Positions 28,525-38,714 are shown, counted from the first letter of the stretch. The stretch: 64,000 nucleotides of DNA from an uncultured Prevotella sp. (GCA_946415755.1 CAMKTS010000002.1:63703-127702); one strand, 5' to 3'. Made by a program: numbers and translations. The notes: generated from the letters alone by a model not told the origin.

Positions 28525-29370
28525 TTAGTGAATTATTTCGTGAAACCATTGCAGGAAACGGTCCATCCACTGACGGCTCTCTGCTGTGCCCTTGGTCGGG
28601 GTAGCTCCGAAGCCGTGACCGCCGGTTTGATATTGGATGTATGTGTGGGGCACGTTGTTGGCGGAGAGTGCTGAGTCAAGCAACTCGGAGTTGTGGTAGT
28701 CGACGATGGGGTCGTCCTTGCAGTTGACGAGGAATACCGGCGGACAGTCGACAGGAATATGACGCTCCAGTGACAAAGAGTCGCGCAAGCGGCGGTTGCC
28801 CTTCTTGTTGTCGCCCAGCAGGGCACGGCGTGAACGCTTGTGGACGCACGGCTCCGACATGGTAACGACGGGATAGATGGGAACGATAAACGCCGGATAC
28901 TCAGAAGGAGGGAACAGCGTGGCTGCCGACATCACCAGATGACCACCGGCAGAGAAGCCCATAACTCCTATTTTCGACAGGTCGATGCCATACTCCTCGT
29001 GATGGCTGCGCACGTAGCGAAGTGCCTGACGCAGGTCATCCTGCGGGTCTGGGTAGCGGTTGCCACGGAAGAGATAGCGGTAGTGGGTGATGAAAGCCGG
29101 TACGTAGGCCGTGCGGTAGCGTAGCACGAAGGCAGAGATGCCGTTCTTGTTCAGCCAACGGGCTACATCGTGGCCTTCCGACTCGATGTCATGCCAGAAA
29201 TAGCTGCCGCCAGGACAGACGATGACGCAGGGATTGTTGCTGCCTGGCACCAGGTAGGGAAACATCTGGACCTTCTTATGGTGTGGCGTGTCCTCCCAGA
29301 TGTTGGTCTGGGCCATGCCGTAGTGTCCGAGGGTAGCGAACAGGATAAGGAGGAGTAGACGGTTCAGCAT
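28525..29370 (-). CDS. Secreted alpha/beta hydrolase (esterase)
   Basis: Signal peptide; CPGGSY; GFSAGGH; DDPIV; GGHGFG. Confidence 0.88.
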   Translation of the reverse strand: MLNRLLLLILFATLGHYGMAQTNIWEDTPHHKKVQMFPYLVPGSNNPCVIVCPGGSYFWHDIESEGHDVARWLNKNGISAFVLRYRTAYVPAFITHYRYLFRGNRYPDPQDDLRQALRYVRSHHEEYGIDLSKIGVMGFSAGGHLVMSAATLFPPSEYPAFIVPIYPVVTMSEPCVHKRSRRALLGDNKKGNRRLRDSLSLERHIPVDCPPVFLVNCKDDPIVDYHNSELLDSALSANNVPHTYIQYQTGGHGFGATPTKGTAESRQWMDRFLQWFHEIIH

Positions 29371-30860
29371 TTCTGTAACTTGTTGATGATGTAATTCAAA
29401 CCCAGGATGGCCTCGCAGGTGTTAATGGCGGTAAGTGCTACTCCGCAGAAGCCGTGGAGGTTGTTGCTCTGGCCCGTCAGCAGGAGGTTGCGCACCTTTG
29501 TCACCACAGGCAGCTGTGAGAGGGTGATGTTCTTCCAGTCCTTGCTGAAACCATACAGACTGCCGTCTTTGACGGAGTAAAAGTCGCGGATGGTCAGCGG
29601 CGACGAGGAGTTGATGTCTTCGATGATGTCGCGGAAGCCTGGGTGTATCTCTTCTATCTGGTTCAGTAGCAGTTCGGTCATCTCGGCTTTCCACTGTATG
29701 TAGTCATCGCCGCGACGGCCTACCGTTGTGTCCTCCCAACGGCGCACCCGCTCGAAGTTCATGGGGGCCGTCACCAGCACCTTCCGGCTGTATGCCGACT
29801 GGTTGGGTTCTGGCGGTGTCATTATCAGGAATCCTAACGGCCACGGACGGTCTAAGCGCCCGAAATTCCATACATCGTCATAGCGTGACATGTAGTATTC
29901 TGAGTGGTTGATGTATGGGAAGCTGTTTTCGCGCACCTTAATATACAATGCGAAGGCAGAGTAGGCGTTGGGTATCTCATCAAGACGCTGGCGGAAAGCC
30001 TTGGGGAAGGCCTGCTCGGGCATCATGCTTAACAGGGTGCAGGGATGGATGTCGGAGATGTAGTAGTCGGCACGGTATTCCTGCTTGTTCTTGCAACGCA
30101 CATATTGTACTTGACGGTCGGTCACCTCTACCCACTCTACCGGACTGTTGCTGATGACCTGTCCGCCATTCTCCTCTATCACGGATGCCAAAAGGTTGGC
30201 AAACTGGTAGCTGCCACCCACAAAGCGCTCGGAACCGATGATGTATAGTGTGCTGATGATGGCATGGATGTAGGCCGGTGTCTGGTTGTGACGACCACCG
30301 TAGAAGGGGTTCATATAGGCTGCGACGCTGCGCAGGCGGGGATTGGTGAGATACTTCGCAATGAAGTCGTTGGCAGACATGAGGAATTCCTCGGAATGGG
30401 TTACCACGAACTCTTTGGCAGGGCGAAGGTAGAAGAGATCTACCTCATCAGTCACTCTGAAGATGGCTTCGACATAGCGTCGCAGGTTCTCCTCCTCGTC
30501 AGGAAAATAGCTGGCCAGTGACTTCACGAAGCCCTCCTTACCCTTGGCAATACGGTAGTGCTGGCGGTCTTCGGAAAAGTATAATTCGTCGGTACAGTCG
30601 TCATCGACAGGCATCACGTCGATTTTGTCTGTGATGCCGATGTAGTCGCAGATACGTCTGACGTTGCCGCCGGGTTCAAGACCACCAATGACATGCATAC
30701 CGCTGTCGAACATCTCGCCAAAGCGGCGGAAGCTCTGCAGACCTCCCCCAATGGTGGCATTCTTTTCCAGGATGGTAACCTGGAAACCTTCTTTGGAGAG
30801 TATGGCTCCTACAAACAGTCCACCGAGTCCGCCTCCTATAATGACTACTGATTTCTTCAT
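29364..30860 (-). CDS. FAD-dependent oxidoreductase, phytoene desaturase/retinol saturase family
   Basis: IIGGGLGGL, GGGLQSFRR.G..FDSGMH, SPLT, GSLYG, LTGQ...HG. Confidence 0.88.
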   Translation of the reverse strand: MKKSVVIIGGGLGGLFVGAILSKEGFQVTILEKNATIGGGLQSFRRFGEMFDSGMHVIGGLEPGGNVRRICDYIGITDKIDVMPVDDDCTDELYFSEDRQHYRIAKGKEGFVKSLASYFPDEEENLRRYVEAIFRVTDEVDLFYLRPAKEFVVTHSEEFLMSANDFIAKYLTNPRLRSVAAYMNPFYGGRHNQTPAYIHAIISTLYIIGSERFVGGSYQFANLLASVIEENGGQVISNSPVEWVEVTDRQVQYVRCKNKQEYRADYYISDIHPCTLLSMMPEQAFPKAFRQRLDEIPNAYSAFALYIKVRENSFPYINHSEYYMSRYDDVWNFGRLDRPWPLGFLIMTPPEPNQSAYSRKVLVTAPMNFERVRRWEDTTVGRRGDDYIQWKAEMTELLLNQIEEIHPGFRDIIEDINSSSPLTIRDFYSVKDGSLYGFSKDWKNITLSQLPVVTKVRNLLLTGQSNNLHGFCGVALTAINTCEAILGLNYIINKLQKC

Positions 30861-32356
30861 ATATTGGCTTTAACTATTTGTTCGTAAATGGTTTTGGCTG
30901 TCAGGAACTCGCTACACGTCACGATGGTGCCCACCAACACGCCCAGGATACCGTGCGAATTGATGTTCTGACCAGTCTGGTAGACATTGGGAACCTTGGT
31001 CTTATGGGGCACGCGGGCTGCAGCACCGAGTGTGATGTCCTTGGCGATGCCGTACATGGAACCTCCTTCCGTGCCGGTATAGTCCAGATAGGTAAGCGGC
31101 GTGGAGGTATAGTAGTGCTCGATGTTCTGGCAGATGCCGGGGAACTGCTGCTCCAGGGAACGGAGCAGTTTTTCGGCTTTCTCCTGCTTGAAAGCCTCGT
31201 AGTCGGCACCCCTCCTTCCTACCGAAGTGCCTTTCCAGCGTTCCACATCCTTCATGTACATATAGGAGAGAATGACACCCGTGCGGGCATAGCGGGGAGC
31301 CACTTCGTCGCAGAAATGCATATAGAGGTAACCCTTGGGCCAGTCTTCTTCGTTGTAATGCTCGCAGCCCCACGGCGTACCGTAGTTATATTGGTAGAAG
31401 TTATTGTTCATATAGGGTACGCTGTTTTCCTTGAAGTGCAGGTAGACGGAGAAGTTGCTGACCGTCTGCGGCATGGCATTGATACGGCTCCTGAAAGCAG
31501 GGCGTATCAGTTTGGTGTCCAACAGCTCTAGAGTGCGCATGGGGTGGGCGTCGGAGATGACGTAGTCGGCAGGAATGAATGTCTCGCCGTTCACCTCCAC
31601 GCCAGTGGCTTTCTGGTCATCGCAGACAATCTTCGTCACCTTATGTCGTGTGAGTACCTCGCCGCCATACTGTTCGATGGTACGTTTCATGGAGTTGGCG
31701 ATGCGATTGCTTCCACCCACAATACGGTATGCACTCTGGTTGTAGAAGTCCATGATGAAGGCATGGGTGGCAAAGGGAGTCTTGTCTTTCTCGGCGGCAT
31801 ACAGGGGAAGACTGCCTACCAAGACATTGGCCAGCAGAGGGTCGGTGATGACCTGGTCAATCACGTTGTTGATGGAACGTAGCTGGAACTCGGTGTTGAT
31901 GGCACGGTCGGATTCTGCGTCCTTCAGGGCGTGGAGCGATGAGGCTCCTGCCACCTTCTCTATCAGGTCGTAATAGTCGGACAACTGTCGGCGCTGGTGA
32001 GGGAAGTCACGGCACAGCTCTTCGATGAATGCCTCGCGGCCGTTGGCAAAGCGGAAGTGGTGACCCTCCAGCGAGATGACATCATAGCCTGACGTGTCGA
32101 GGGGTGACAGCTGGATATGGTCGCTTACCTCCAGGTAGCGCAGCAGCTTGTCGAGCAGCTGTCCCTTGGCGGCACTTCCCACGAAGTGCATGCCGGTGTC
32201 GAACTTCTCTCCACGACGGGTGAAGCTCTGCAGACAGCCACCGGTCTGCAATGCCTGTTCCAACACGGTGACGCGGTAGCCGTTCTTGGCAAGTACCACG
32301 CCGCAGGAGAGACCTCCCATACCGCTTCCTATGATAATGACTCTCTTTTCAGACAT
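30857..32356 (-). CDS. FAD-dependent oxidoreductase, phytoene desaturase/retinol saturase family (paralog)
   Basis: IIGSGMGGL, GGCLQSF...FDTGMH, TPLTY, GSMYG, TGQNINSHGILG. Confidence 0.88.
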   Translation of the reverse strand: MSEKRVIIIGSGMGGLSCGVVLAKNGYRVTVLEQALQTGGCLQSFTRRGEKFDTGMHFVGSAAKGQLLDKLLRYLEVSDHIQLSPLDTSGYDVISLEGHHFRFANGREAFIEELCRDFPHQRRQLSDYYDLIEKVAGASSLHALKDAESDRAINTEFQLRSINNVIDQVITDPLLANVLVGSLPLYAAEKDKTPFATHAFIMDFYNQSAYRIVGGSNRIANSMKRTIEQYGGEVLTRHKVTKIVCDDQKATGVEVNGETFIPADYVISDAHPMRTLELLDTKLIRPAFRSRINAMPQTVSNFSVYLHFKENSVPYMNNNFYQYNYGTPWGCEHYNEEDWPKGYLYMHFCDEVAPRYARTGVILSYMYMKDVERWKGTSVGRRGADYEAFKQEKAEKLLRSLEQQFPGICQNIEHYYTSTPLTYLDYTGTEGGSMYGIAKDITLGAAARVPHKTKVPNVYQTGQNINSHGILGVLVGTIVTCSEFLTAKTIYEQIVKANI

Positions 32357-33884
32357 CTTGTTCTATCTTGTTACACAATGCTTCGTATTTCTCTAAATAG
32401 TGCTGGTGCATCCATGAGGCTTGCTGGAGGGTGTCGCCCATCGCCTCCAGCTCTTTACGGGTGACAGGGGTGCCAACCTCTATATGGATGGGACCCTTGC
32501 GCAGGTAATAGGTCTTCTTGGGCAGAATCTTGCCGGCACCATAAAGGTACATGGGCTGGATGTCAAGACCCAGCTGCTCGGCAATATGGAAGGCTCCCTG
32601 GTGAAAACGGGCTATCTTACAGTCTTTCGACCGCGTGCCTTCAGGAAATACACCGATGCTATAGCCCCTGTCGGCCAGTGACCGCAATTTGGGTAACAGC
32701 TCATCGATGCCGTCTAACACGGGGTAGAACTCTGCATTCCTGATGAGGAAACCGTAGCTGGGGTTATTCCATACCCAGCTTTTGGTGAGGAAGATGATTT
32801 TTGGCGTAAAAATGAGCTGGCACATCAGGTCGAGGTGCGACTGGTGGTTGCAGATGACTACCTTTGGCTGGTCGAACGACACCCCCTTGGCTATCAGATG
32901 GCGGAAGGTGGTACCCGGTATGCCGTGATGTATCATCACGAAGCGTGACACCCGGTAGATGACCTGATGTGCAACTTTCCGACGATGTTCGGTGTGGTCG
33001 CTGTGCGTGAGCCAGTCGAAGAGTCGGGAACCGTAGATATATAGCCATATCAGCGGTGTGATGACCGCGAAGCATGATACGAGGAAGACAAACAGCGTGT
33101 AGAAGGTGCGCAGAAAATGCATCAGGAAACGTCCTATGCGCAGCGGCAGTCCGTAGACGACAGCCAGAAAACAGAGTACCGTGTTCAGAATACTGATACG
33201 CGTAAAATCCTTGGTGGGACGGAAATGGCTGACGCGTTCCTCAGGAGCAGGGTAGTAGACACGGACGGGGATGGCATGCAGCGACACGCCGTGCCAGGAG
33301 GCGAAGACCATCAGCTCCAGCTCTGCCTCGTAACGGGAGGTGAGAAACGATAGTCCGTGGAGTTTCTTCAGGGGATAGAGGCGGTAGCCCGTCTGGGTGT
33401 CGTCCAGCCATTGTCCCGTCTGTACGTAGAACCAGAAATTAGAGAAGTTGTTGGCGAAATTGCTGCCTTTGGAACGGACGACACCTTCCATTTGCCGACT
33501 GCCGATAATCATCTCTCCAGGATGCTCCTGGTTGGCTTTCAGAAACAAGGCAATATCTTCGGGATAGTGCTGTCCGTCGGCATCAAGGGTAATGGCGTAT
33601 GCGAACCCCATCTCCATGGCTTTGCGGAATCCCTCCTTCAGGGCAGTGCCCTTGCCCTTGTTCTCCTTAAGGTTGACGAGAGTGATGCCGCCAATGTCGG
33701 CCAGTATCTGCTGGGTACCGTCGGTGCTGCCATCGTTGACGACAATGACATCGGCGCATTGCAGGAGTGTCTGACGAACCACATCAGCAACAGTTCCGGC
33801 ATTGTTGTATGTCGGAATGATGGCACAGATACCTCTGTCGTGAAGCAGTTGCTGCTGTCTTGTTGTGGTGTCAGTAGTTGGCAT
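32349..33884 (-). CDS. GT2 glycosyltransferase fused to a PlsC-type acyltransferase
   Basis: IIPTYNN, NDGSTD, DADGQH, DTQTGYR, RVSHFRP; then NHQSHLD and FPEGTRS. Confidence 0.88.
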   Translation of the reverse strand: MPTTDTTTRQQQLLHDRGICAIIPTYNNAGTVADVVRQTLLQCADVIVVNDGSTDGTQQILADIGGITLVNLKENKGKGTALKEGFRKAMEMGFAYAITLDADGQHYPEDIALFLKANQEHPGEMIIGSRQMEGVVRSKGSNFANNFSNFWFYVQTGQWLDDTQTGYRLYPLKKLHGLSFLTSRYEAELELMVFASWHGVSLHAIPVRVYYPAPEERVSHFRPTKDFTRISILNTVLCFLAVVYGLPLRIGRFLMHFLRTFYTLFVFLVSCFAVITPLIWLYIYGSRLFDWLTHSDHTEHRRKVAHQVIYRVSRFVMIHHGIPGTTFRHLIAKGVSFDQPKVVICNHQSHLDLMCQLIFTPKIIFLTKSWVWNNPSYGFLIRNAEFYPVLDGIDELLPKLRSLADRGYSIGVFPEGTRSKDCKIARFHQGAFHIAEQLGLDIQPMYLYGAGKILPKKTYYLRKGPIHIEVGTPVTRKELEAMGDTLQQASWMHQHYLEKYEALCNKIEQDV

Positions 33885-33887
33885 TTG

Positions 33888-34340
33888 CTATTCGGTTGTT
33901 TCTTGGCTTTCTTCCTTGTTCTCTGTAATAGGGGTTAGGGTATAGGAGAGCCGGCGGCGTTCGTTCTTGTATTGCGTCACCCCCTGCTGTAGACAATGCA
34001 TGAGTTGGCGCAAGTCCTTTTTCAACACTTTCTTGATATACCATTTGTTCATCACCGGCATCACGTCGTGCAGCTTCACCTTGTCTTTCTGGAGCAGGTA
34101 GGAGAATTCAATAGCAGAGATGCCGAACTCATTGAACAGGCATCCCTTTACCTCGTTGCCGTCGTTCACCAGTACGCAGACTCCGCTGATATATGCCTTT
34201 GGCATCTCTATGTAGGCGGTATAGCGCACCTTGTCGCCCGGTTGACCGGGAAACGACTGCTGTGACCATGCGTCTACGGAGAATGCGAGGAAGAACAGCA
34301 GACTAATTGACAGAGAAAGTATTGGCCGGTATTGCTGCAT
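33888..34340 (-). CDS. Hypothetical exported protein of the aryl-polyene-like cluster
   Basis: Signal peptide; ISGVC...NEFGISA; overlaps the LolA-family gene. Confidence 0.65.
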   Translation of the reverse strand: MQQYRPILSLSISLLFFLAFSVDAWSQQSFPGQPGDKVRYTAYIEMPKAYISGVCVLVNDGNEVKGCLFNEFGISAIEFSYLLQKDKVKLHDVMPVMNKWYIKKVLKKDLRQLMHCLQQGVTQYKNERRRLSYTLTPITENKEESQETTE

Positions 34341-34929
34341 TGGTACGGATGTTCTTCAGTTCTATGACGGTCTTGTCGCCTTTTTTCTCTATCAGTTCCA
34401 CTTTCGACACCATCGCCTTCTCCTTGCTGAAGTGGAGCACGATGTACTGCATCATCTGCCTCATGTCTTTCCGCATAGGCTGCAGGGTGGCAATCCACTC
34501 GGTGGCATTCTGTGACATGCTTGCCTTGAAGTCTTTCTCGTCAGACAGGCAGGTGCCAACCACGCTGTTCATCATAATACGTGCAATCTCCTTGAACATC
34601 TTGTTCTGGTTGACGTCGATGACATCATTGCGCTTGTTGTTCTTCAGCAACACCTTGGAGCCGTTGAGGATGAACGTGTAGGTATAAGGGGATACGTATT
34701 CCCAACGGAGTCTGTTGCTCTGCTGGTAGTACATCTTGCCTTTCGACACCATGTCCTCGTTGAGCAGCTTTATGTGTTTTGTCTGCACAAAGTCGCACTG
34801 CATGCTCTTCAGGGCTGCGGCTGTCTTGTTGATGTGCTGCTTCACCTGCTCGTCGTTCATCTCCTGTGAATGTACCGTGCAGAGGACTGCCAACCAGGCA
34901 AAGACTATCATGAATAGTTTTCTCGTCAT
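34303..34929 (-). CDS. LolA-family periplasmic carrier protein
   Basis: Signal peptide; MQCDFVQTK, SKGKMYY...LRWEY.SPY, GDKT.I. Confidence 0.85.
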   Translation of the reverse strand: MTRKLFMIVFAWLAVLCTVHSQEMNDEQVKQHINKTAAALKSMQCDFVQTKHIKLLNEDMVSKGKMYYQQSNRLRWEYVSPYTYTFILNGSKVLLKNNKRNDVIDVNQNKMFKEIARIMMNSVVGTCLSDEKDFKASMSQNATEWIATLQPMRKDMRQMMQYIVLHFSKEKAMVSKVELIEKKGDKTVIELKNIRTNAAIPANTFSVN

Positions 34930-34930
34930 C

Positions 34931-35284
34931 TTATCTTGCTATTAGGATACAACCAATGATGATACATGCTACGCCAACCCACCTTGTCGTGGAAATTTCC
35001 TCGTGAAAGAAAATCATGGCAGCAAACATACCGAATACATAGCTGAGGCTGATCATGGGATAAGCCATGCTGAAGGGGAAATTCTTTACGATATACATCC
35101 AGAGTATGGAACTGGCTCCAAAAAACAAACCACTTGCGGCAAAATGCCAGTTCGTCAGGAGGCTGCACCAAAACTCCTTGTTCCATCCAAATGGCAACAT
35201 GCGCATGAGTGCATATTTGAGGAACACTTGTCCGCCCACGAGGAGTAAGCACTGAATAATAGAGTATAACAGAATTCTCAACAT
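34931..35284 (-). CDS. EamA/SMR-like small membrane transporter (ArnE/F-like)
   Basis: 117 aa, 4 TM, FSMAYPMISLSY, FHEEI. Confidence 0.75.
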   Translation of the reverse strand: MLRILLYSIIQCLLLVGGQVFLKYALMRMLPFGWNKEFWCSLLTNWHFAASGLFFGASSILWMYIVKNFPFSMAYPMISLSYVFGMFAAMIFFHEEISTTRWVGVACIIIGCILIAR

Positions 35285-35297
35285 CTGGTTATGTTAT

Positions 35298-36995
35298 TTA
35301 GTCTTCTATCACATGGAGTACGAAATCGGCAAGAAAATCCTCATCGTTAACATAATCCAGCCAACCCGTTATCATGCTTTTTATGGTGTGGTCGCATGTG
35401 GTTGCCTCAAGGATTTCATTCATCACCTCCTCATTGCGTTCGGCCAAGACATAGAAGGAAGTTTCTCCTTTGTACCCATTCCGGATGGCAATTTCGCCTG
35501 TCACGATGTTGGGAAGTGTATAGACGAACAATGACGGACTGGGATAATAGTCATCGGGTCGAATGATGGAGTCCAGATATAGCTTGTCGGTATCTAATGA
35601 TGATGTCCTGTTGAAAAGCACTATAGCCCTTTCGCTTTCACAGTCGAGGGCATGCCTCCCCTCTGCGTTCAGCAACAGTTCAGATGCCACGAAGCCTAAC
35701 CGGCTCAGCATATCCATCTTGTAGAACTTAGGATAGTCATCAATGCAATGCTTGTAGATATAGGACAGCAGCTGTTTTCCCCGGCTTTCCGTGTTCATCG
35801 GAACTCCATCGACAACTACTGACTCGGGAGAGACGGTCACCCGATGGACAGACTTCATCTTTCGGGGAGTGGGAACGGCTTTCCTGCTGTCATCGTGTGT
35901 ACACCAGATGGCAGCATTGCATCCCCCAAAGCCAGACAGCATCTTAATGAAATCTGTTTTGTCCGTATACAGGCTTTCAGCTGTGGGATGAATGTTACCA
36001 GAGACACCCAGTTCTGCATACCCCCTTGTAGCAAGGATGCAATGGTCGTCGACAGCCTTCATAGTCAGAAGGGTCTCCAATATGCCGGCAGCCCCCATCG
36101 TGTGACCAAAATAGCCTTTCAGACTGTTGACGGGAATGCCGCTTAGACCGGCACGGTCGATGGCCAATGATTCCATCTGGTCGTTGAACAACGTTGCTGT
36201 GCCATGTGCATTGATGACGGCAAGCAAACTGATGTCCTTTTCTGCCAATATGGTACTGAGAGCCAGGTATGCTCCATCACCTTTCTTTGACGGAGCACTG
36301 ATATGAAAGGCATCGTTCCTGACACAGCCAGGTTCTATTCCCCAACAATCATCCTTCTCCTTCTTCTTTCCGAGAATGATGGTTGCGGCAGCTTCGCCAA
36401 GGTTCAACCCCGTCCTTTCAATGTCAAAGGGCTTGCAGTCTTCTGCAGAAAGAGCCTTGAACGACTGAAATCCGGATATGATGAACTGACCTTGACAATC
36501 AGCTCCGCATACGACGGCATAGTCGTAATCGTCACACTCTAATAAGCGGGAGGCGAGAATAATGGCAGACAGCCCTGAAATACAGGCGTTGCAAACGACG
36601 ACAGGTGTCACTTTCAACCCCAGTGCCTTGACAATGCGCCCGGCACAAACGCCAGGATATTCCTCTTCGGCATCGGGATGGTCAGCCAGCAATTCGATAT
36701 TCCCCTTTGTCGTGCTGAGGATAAATACCACCCTCTTGCCTGCCAGGTCAATAGCAGATGATTCCATTGCCCCTCTGACAGAGTGGACTACCATCGACTC
36801 AAATCTTGTCAATCCGTCGATGTGCATTTCCGCATGCTGACTGTCACAAAACAGTGATGCGGTAATGTCTTCGGGAATTCCTTCGTAATTCTGGTAATTA
36901 CGCAGGGAAGAACATCCGCTTTTTATCGCATCATAGTTCTGCTCAGTCGTCCATCCAATAGGCGATACAATATTATCTGCTATTTTATAAACCAT
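35298..36995 (-). CDS. Beta-ketoacyl synthase fused to a degenerate KS/chain-length-factor domain
   Basis: NACISG, NAHGTAT, GHTMGAAG; second half KFYKMD...SPSLFVYTLPNI. Confidence 0.88.
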   Translation of the reverse strand: MVYKIADNIVSPIGWTTEQNYDAIKSGCSSLRNYQNYEGIPEDITASLFCDSQHAEMHIDGLTRFESMVVHSVRGAMESSAIDLAGKRVVFILSTTKGNIELLADHPDAEEEYPGVCAGRIVKALGLKVTPVVVCNACISGLSAIILASRLLECDDYDYAVVCGADCQGQFIISGFQSFKALSAEDCKPFDIERTGLNLGEAAATIILGKKKEKDDCWGIEPGCVRNDAFHISAPSKKGDGAYLALSTILAEKDISLLAVINAHGTATLFNDQMESLAIDRAGLSGIPVNSLKGYFGHTMGAAGILETLLTMKAVDDHCILATRGYAELGVSGNIHPTAESLYTDKTDFIKMLSGFGGCNAAIWCTHDDSRKAVPTPRKMKSVHRVTVSPESVVVDGVPMNTESRGKQLLSYIYKHCIDDYPKFYKMDMLSRLGFVASELLLNAEGRHALDCESERAIVLFNRTSSLDTDKLYLDSIIRPDDYYPSPSLFVYTLPNIVTGEIAIRNGYKGETSFYVLAERNEEVMNEILEATTCDHTIKSMITGWLDYVNDEDFLADFVLHVIED

Positions 36996-37003
36996 ACCAC
37001 TCG

Positions 37004-37363
37004 TTAACCTAAGATGTTTCTGATGGTGTCTTTTTCTATTTGATGATATTTATGCTGGAGGTCTGCATCAAAGTCTACCAGAAAATACTCTTCGTCATAA
37101 AATGACAGCTTTGAATTGGTATCCGGAGCACATTCAATATACACGATATTCGACAAGTCAAGTCCCTTTGCTTCGCAGATCTGTTCTGCCAGCGTCTGGC
37201 CGGCATAGGTGATGCTCGTTCCGGGATTTTCCTGGTATAGCTCGGTTACAATGACGTAGGTCTTGCCGTCATACTGTCGGATTTTCAGACCGCATGCAGA
37301 GGGCAGTCCCCAGTGGTCGTTGAAATTGAATATCTCGTCGTAATATTCCTTGGGTACTTTCAT
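37004..37363 (-). CDS. Hypothetical protein adjacent to the radical-SAM gene
   Basis: 119-aa ORF, 12 nt after the radical-SAM stop; motif TELYQENPGTSIT. Confidence 0.65.
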   Translation of the reverse strand: MKVPKEYYDEIFNFNDHWGLPSACGLKIRQYDGKTYVIVTELYQENPGTSITYAGQTLAEQICEAKGLDLSNIVYIECAPDTNSKLSFYDEEYFLVDFDADLQHKYHQIEKDTIRNILG

Positions 37364-37375
37364 AGTTACTGTTTC

Positions 37376-38671
37376 TTAAACATTGACATTACGCTTTGAA
37401 CGGTCTACCAGGTGTCCGAAGCTCTGATTCATCAGCTTGCGGTCACGCTGACGGTAGGTTCCCTCTTCCATCTCACGGAGTGCCACTTTGCAGAACAGAT
37501 TGAACATCTTCTGCTCTTGGGTCTCATTTTTATAGAAGGACTTCCATGCATAGTCGTACACATTCTGTAGGGCCTCCGGGGTCATGTGCTTGGGCTGGAA
37601 AACAACCTGTCCTGCATTATAGTGATCCCAGTCAAAGTCGAAGATACGGCCCTGACGGAGCAAATCGTCGTAGGTCTTTGTATGCGGGAAGGGAGTCAGA
37701 ACGGTAAACTCTGCCAAGTCGAGGTCAATCTCCCCAAGGAAGTCTATCAGCCTCTTGCAGTCGTCTTCTGTCTGGTTGTCAAGGCCGAGCAATATGGTTC
37801 CCTCGACACCTATCCCGTGGTCGTGATAACGCTTGACACGTTCTTTGATGTAGTCACTCGTGTCGTATACTGCCTGATACACGTACCATGCCCCAGCATC
37901 GTATGCCAACGACAGGACTTCCTCGTCATCCTCAATAGTGTGGCTAATCCATTTCTTCTTCAAGGGAGCGATAGCACGGAACAGTTCTTTCTCCCATTCC
38001 TTGTTCTGAGCCAACGAGTTATCTACAATAAACAGGCGGTTGTTGTCAATGGATGCCATGTCTTCAACGACCTTGTCAATCGGGCGTGGTCTGAATTTCC
38101 TGCCTCCAAGATAGCTTACGGCACAGGGGTAGCAGCTGAAACGGCATCCACGGGAAGCGTGGAACAAGTCTACCATCTGCACTCCCTTATGGTTGTATAA
38201 CTCGCGCTTGTACAAGTCACGGCGACATTTGCCGACAGACTCTATAGGCGGCAGTTGTCCCATGAAATTATAGACTTTCTTCAGCTCACCCCTGAGAAAG
38301 TCTTGCATGACAGCATCCATGCGCCCTTCGCTCTCACCAAGGAAGAGGCAGTCAACATGTTTCACCATGTCTTCTGCATGAAGCATTGACGATATACCGC
38401 CAGCCATCACCAGTTTTCCGCGTTTGTGGTATTCCTCTGCAATCGCCCATCCTCTTTTGACTTGCGTAGAGAGCATCATGGATAAGGCTACGATGTCACA
38501 CTCTTCATCGAAATTGATAGGTTCTACATTCTCATCGGTGAACGTCACGTCTACATAGTCGGGTAGGGTGCCGGCAAAGGCTACAGGACCATGAGGCGGA
38601 AGATTGAAAGTGGTCTGTCCCGGAAGCTTCTTCCATTTGGGATAGATAAGTTTCATTTTAATTCTTTCCAT
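37376..38671 (-). CDS. Cobalamin-binding radical SAM enzyme
   Basis: N-terminal B12-binding-like domain; SRGCRFSCYPC; FIVDN; LTPFPHT. Confidence 0.88.
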   Translation of the reverse strand: MERIKMKLIYPKWKKLPGQTTFNLPPHGPVAFAGTLPDYVDVTFTDENVEPINFDEECDIVALSMMLSTQVKRGWAIAEEYHKRGKLVMAGGISSMLHAEDMVKHVDCLFLGESEGRMDAVMQDFLRGELKKVYNFMGQLPPIESVGKCRRDLYKRELYNHKGVQMVDLFHASRGCRFSCYPCAVSYLGGRKFRPRPIDKVVEDMASIDNNRLFIVDNSLAQNKEWEKELFRAIAPLKKKWISHTIEDDEEVLSLAYDAGAWYVYQAVYDTSDYIKERVKRYHDHGIGVEGTILLGLDNQTEDDCKRLIDFLGEIDLDLAEFTVLTPFPHTKTYDDLLRQGRIFDFDWDHYNAGQVVFQPKHMTPEALQNVYDYAWKSFYKNETQEQKMFNLFCKVALREMEEGTYRQRDRKLMNQSFGHLVDRSKRNVNV

Positions 38672-38714
38672 ACGTGTATTATTCTATATTTTTCCAATTT
38701 GTATTATGCTGTAT

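Noticed and set aside
29364-32356. Carotenoid biosynthesis from phytoene-desaturase-like genes
   Set aside because: No CrtB/CrtE; such oxidoreductases regularly accompany Bacteroidetes polyene clusters.
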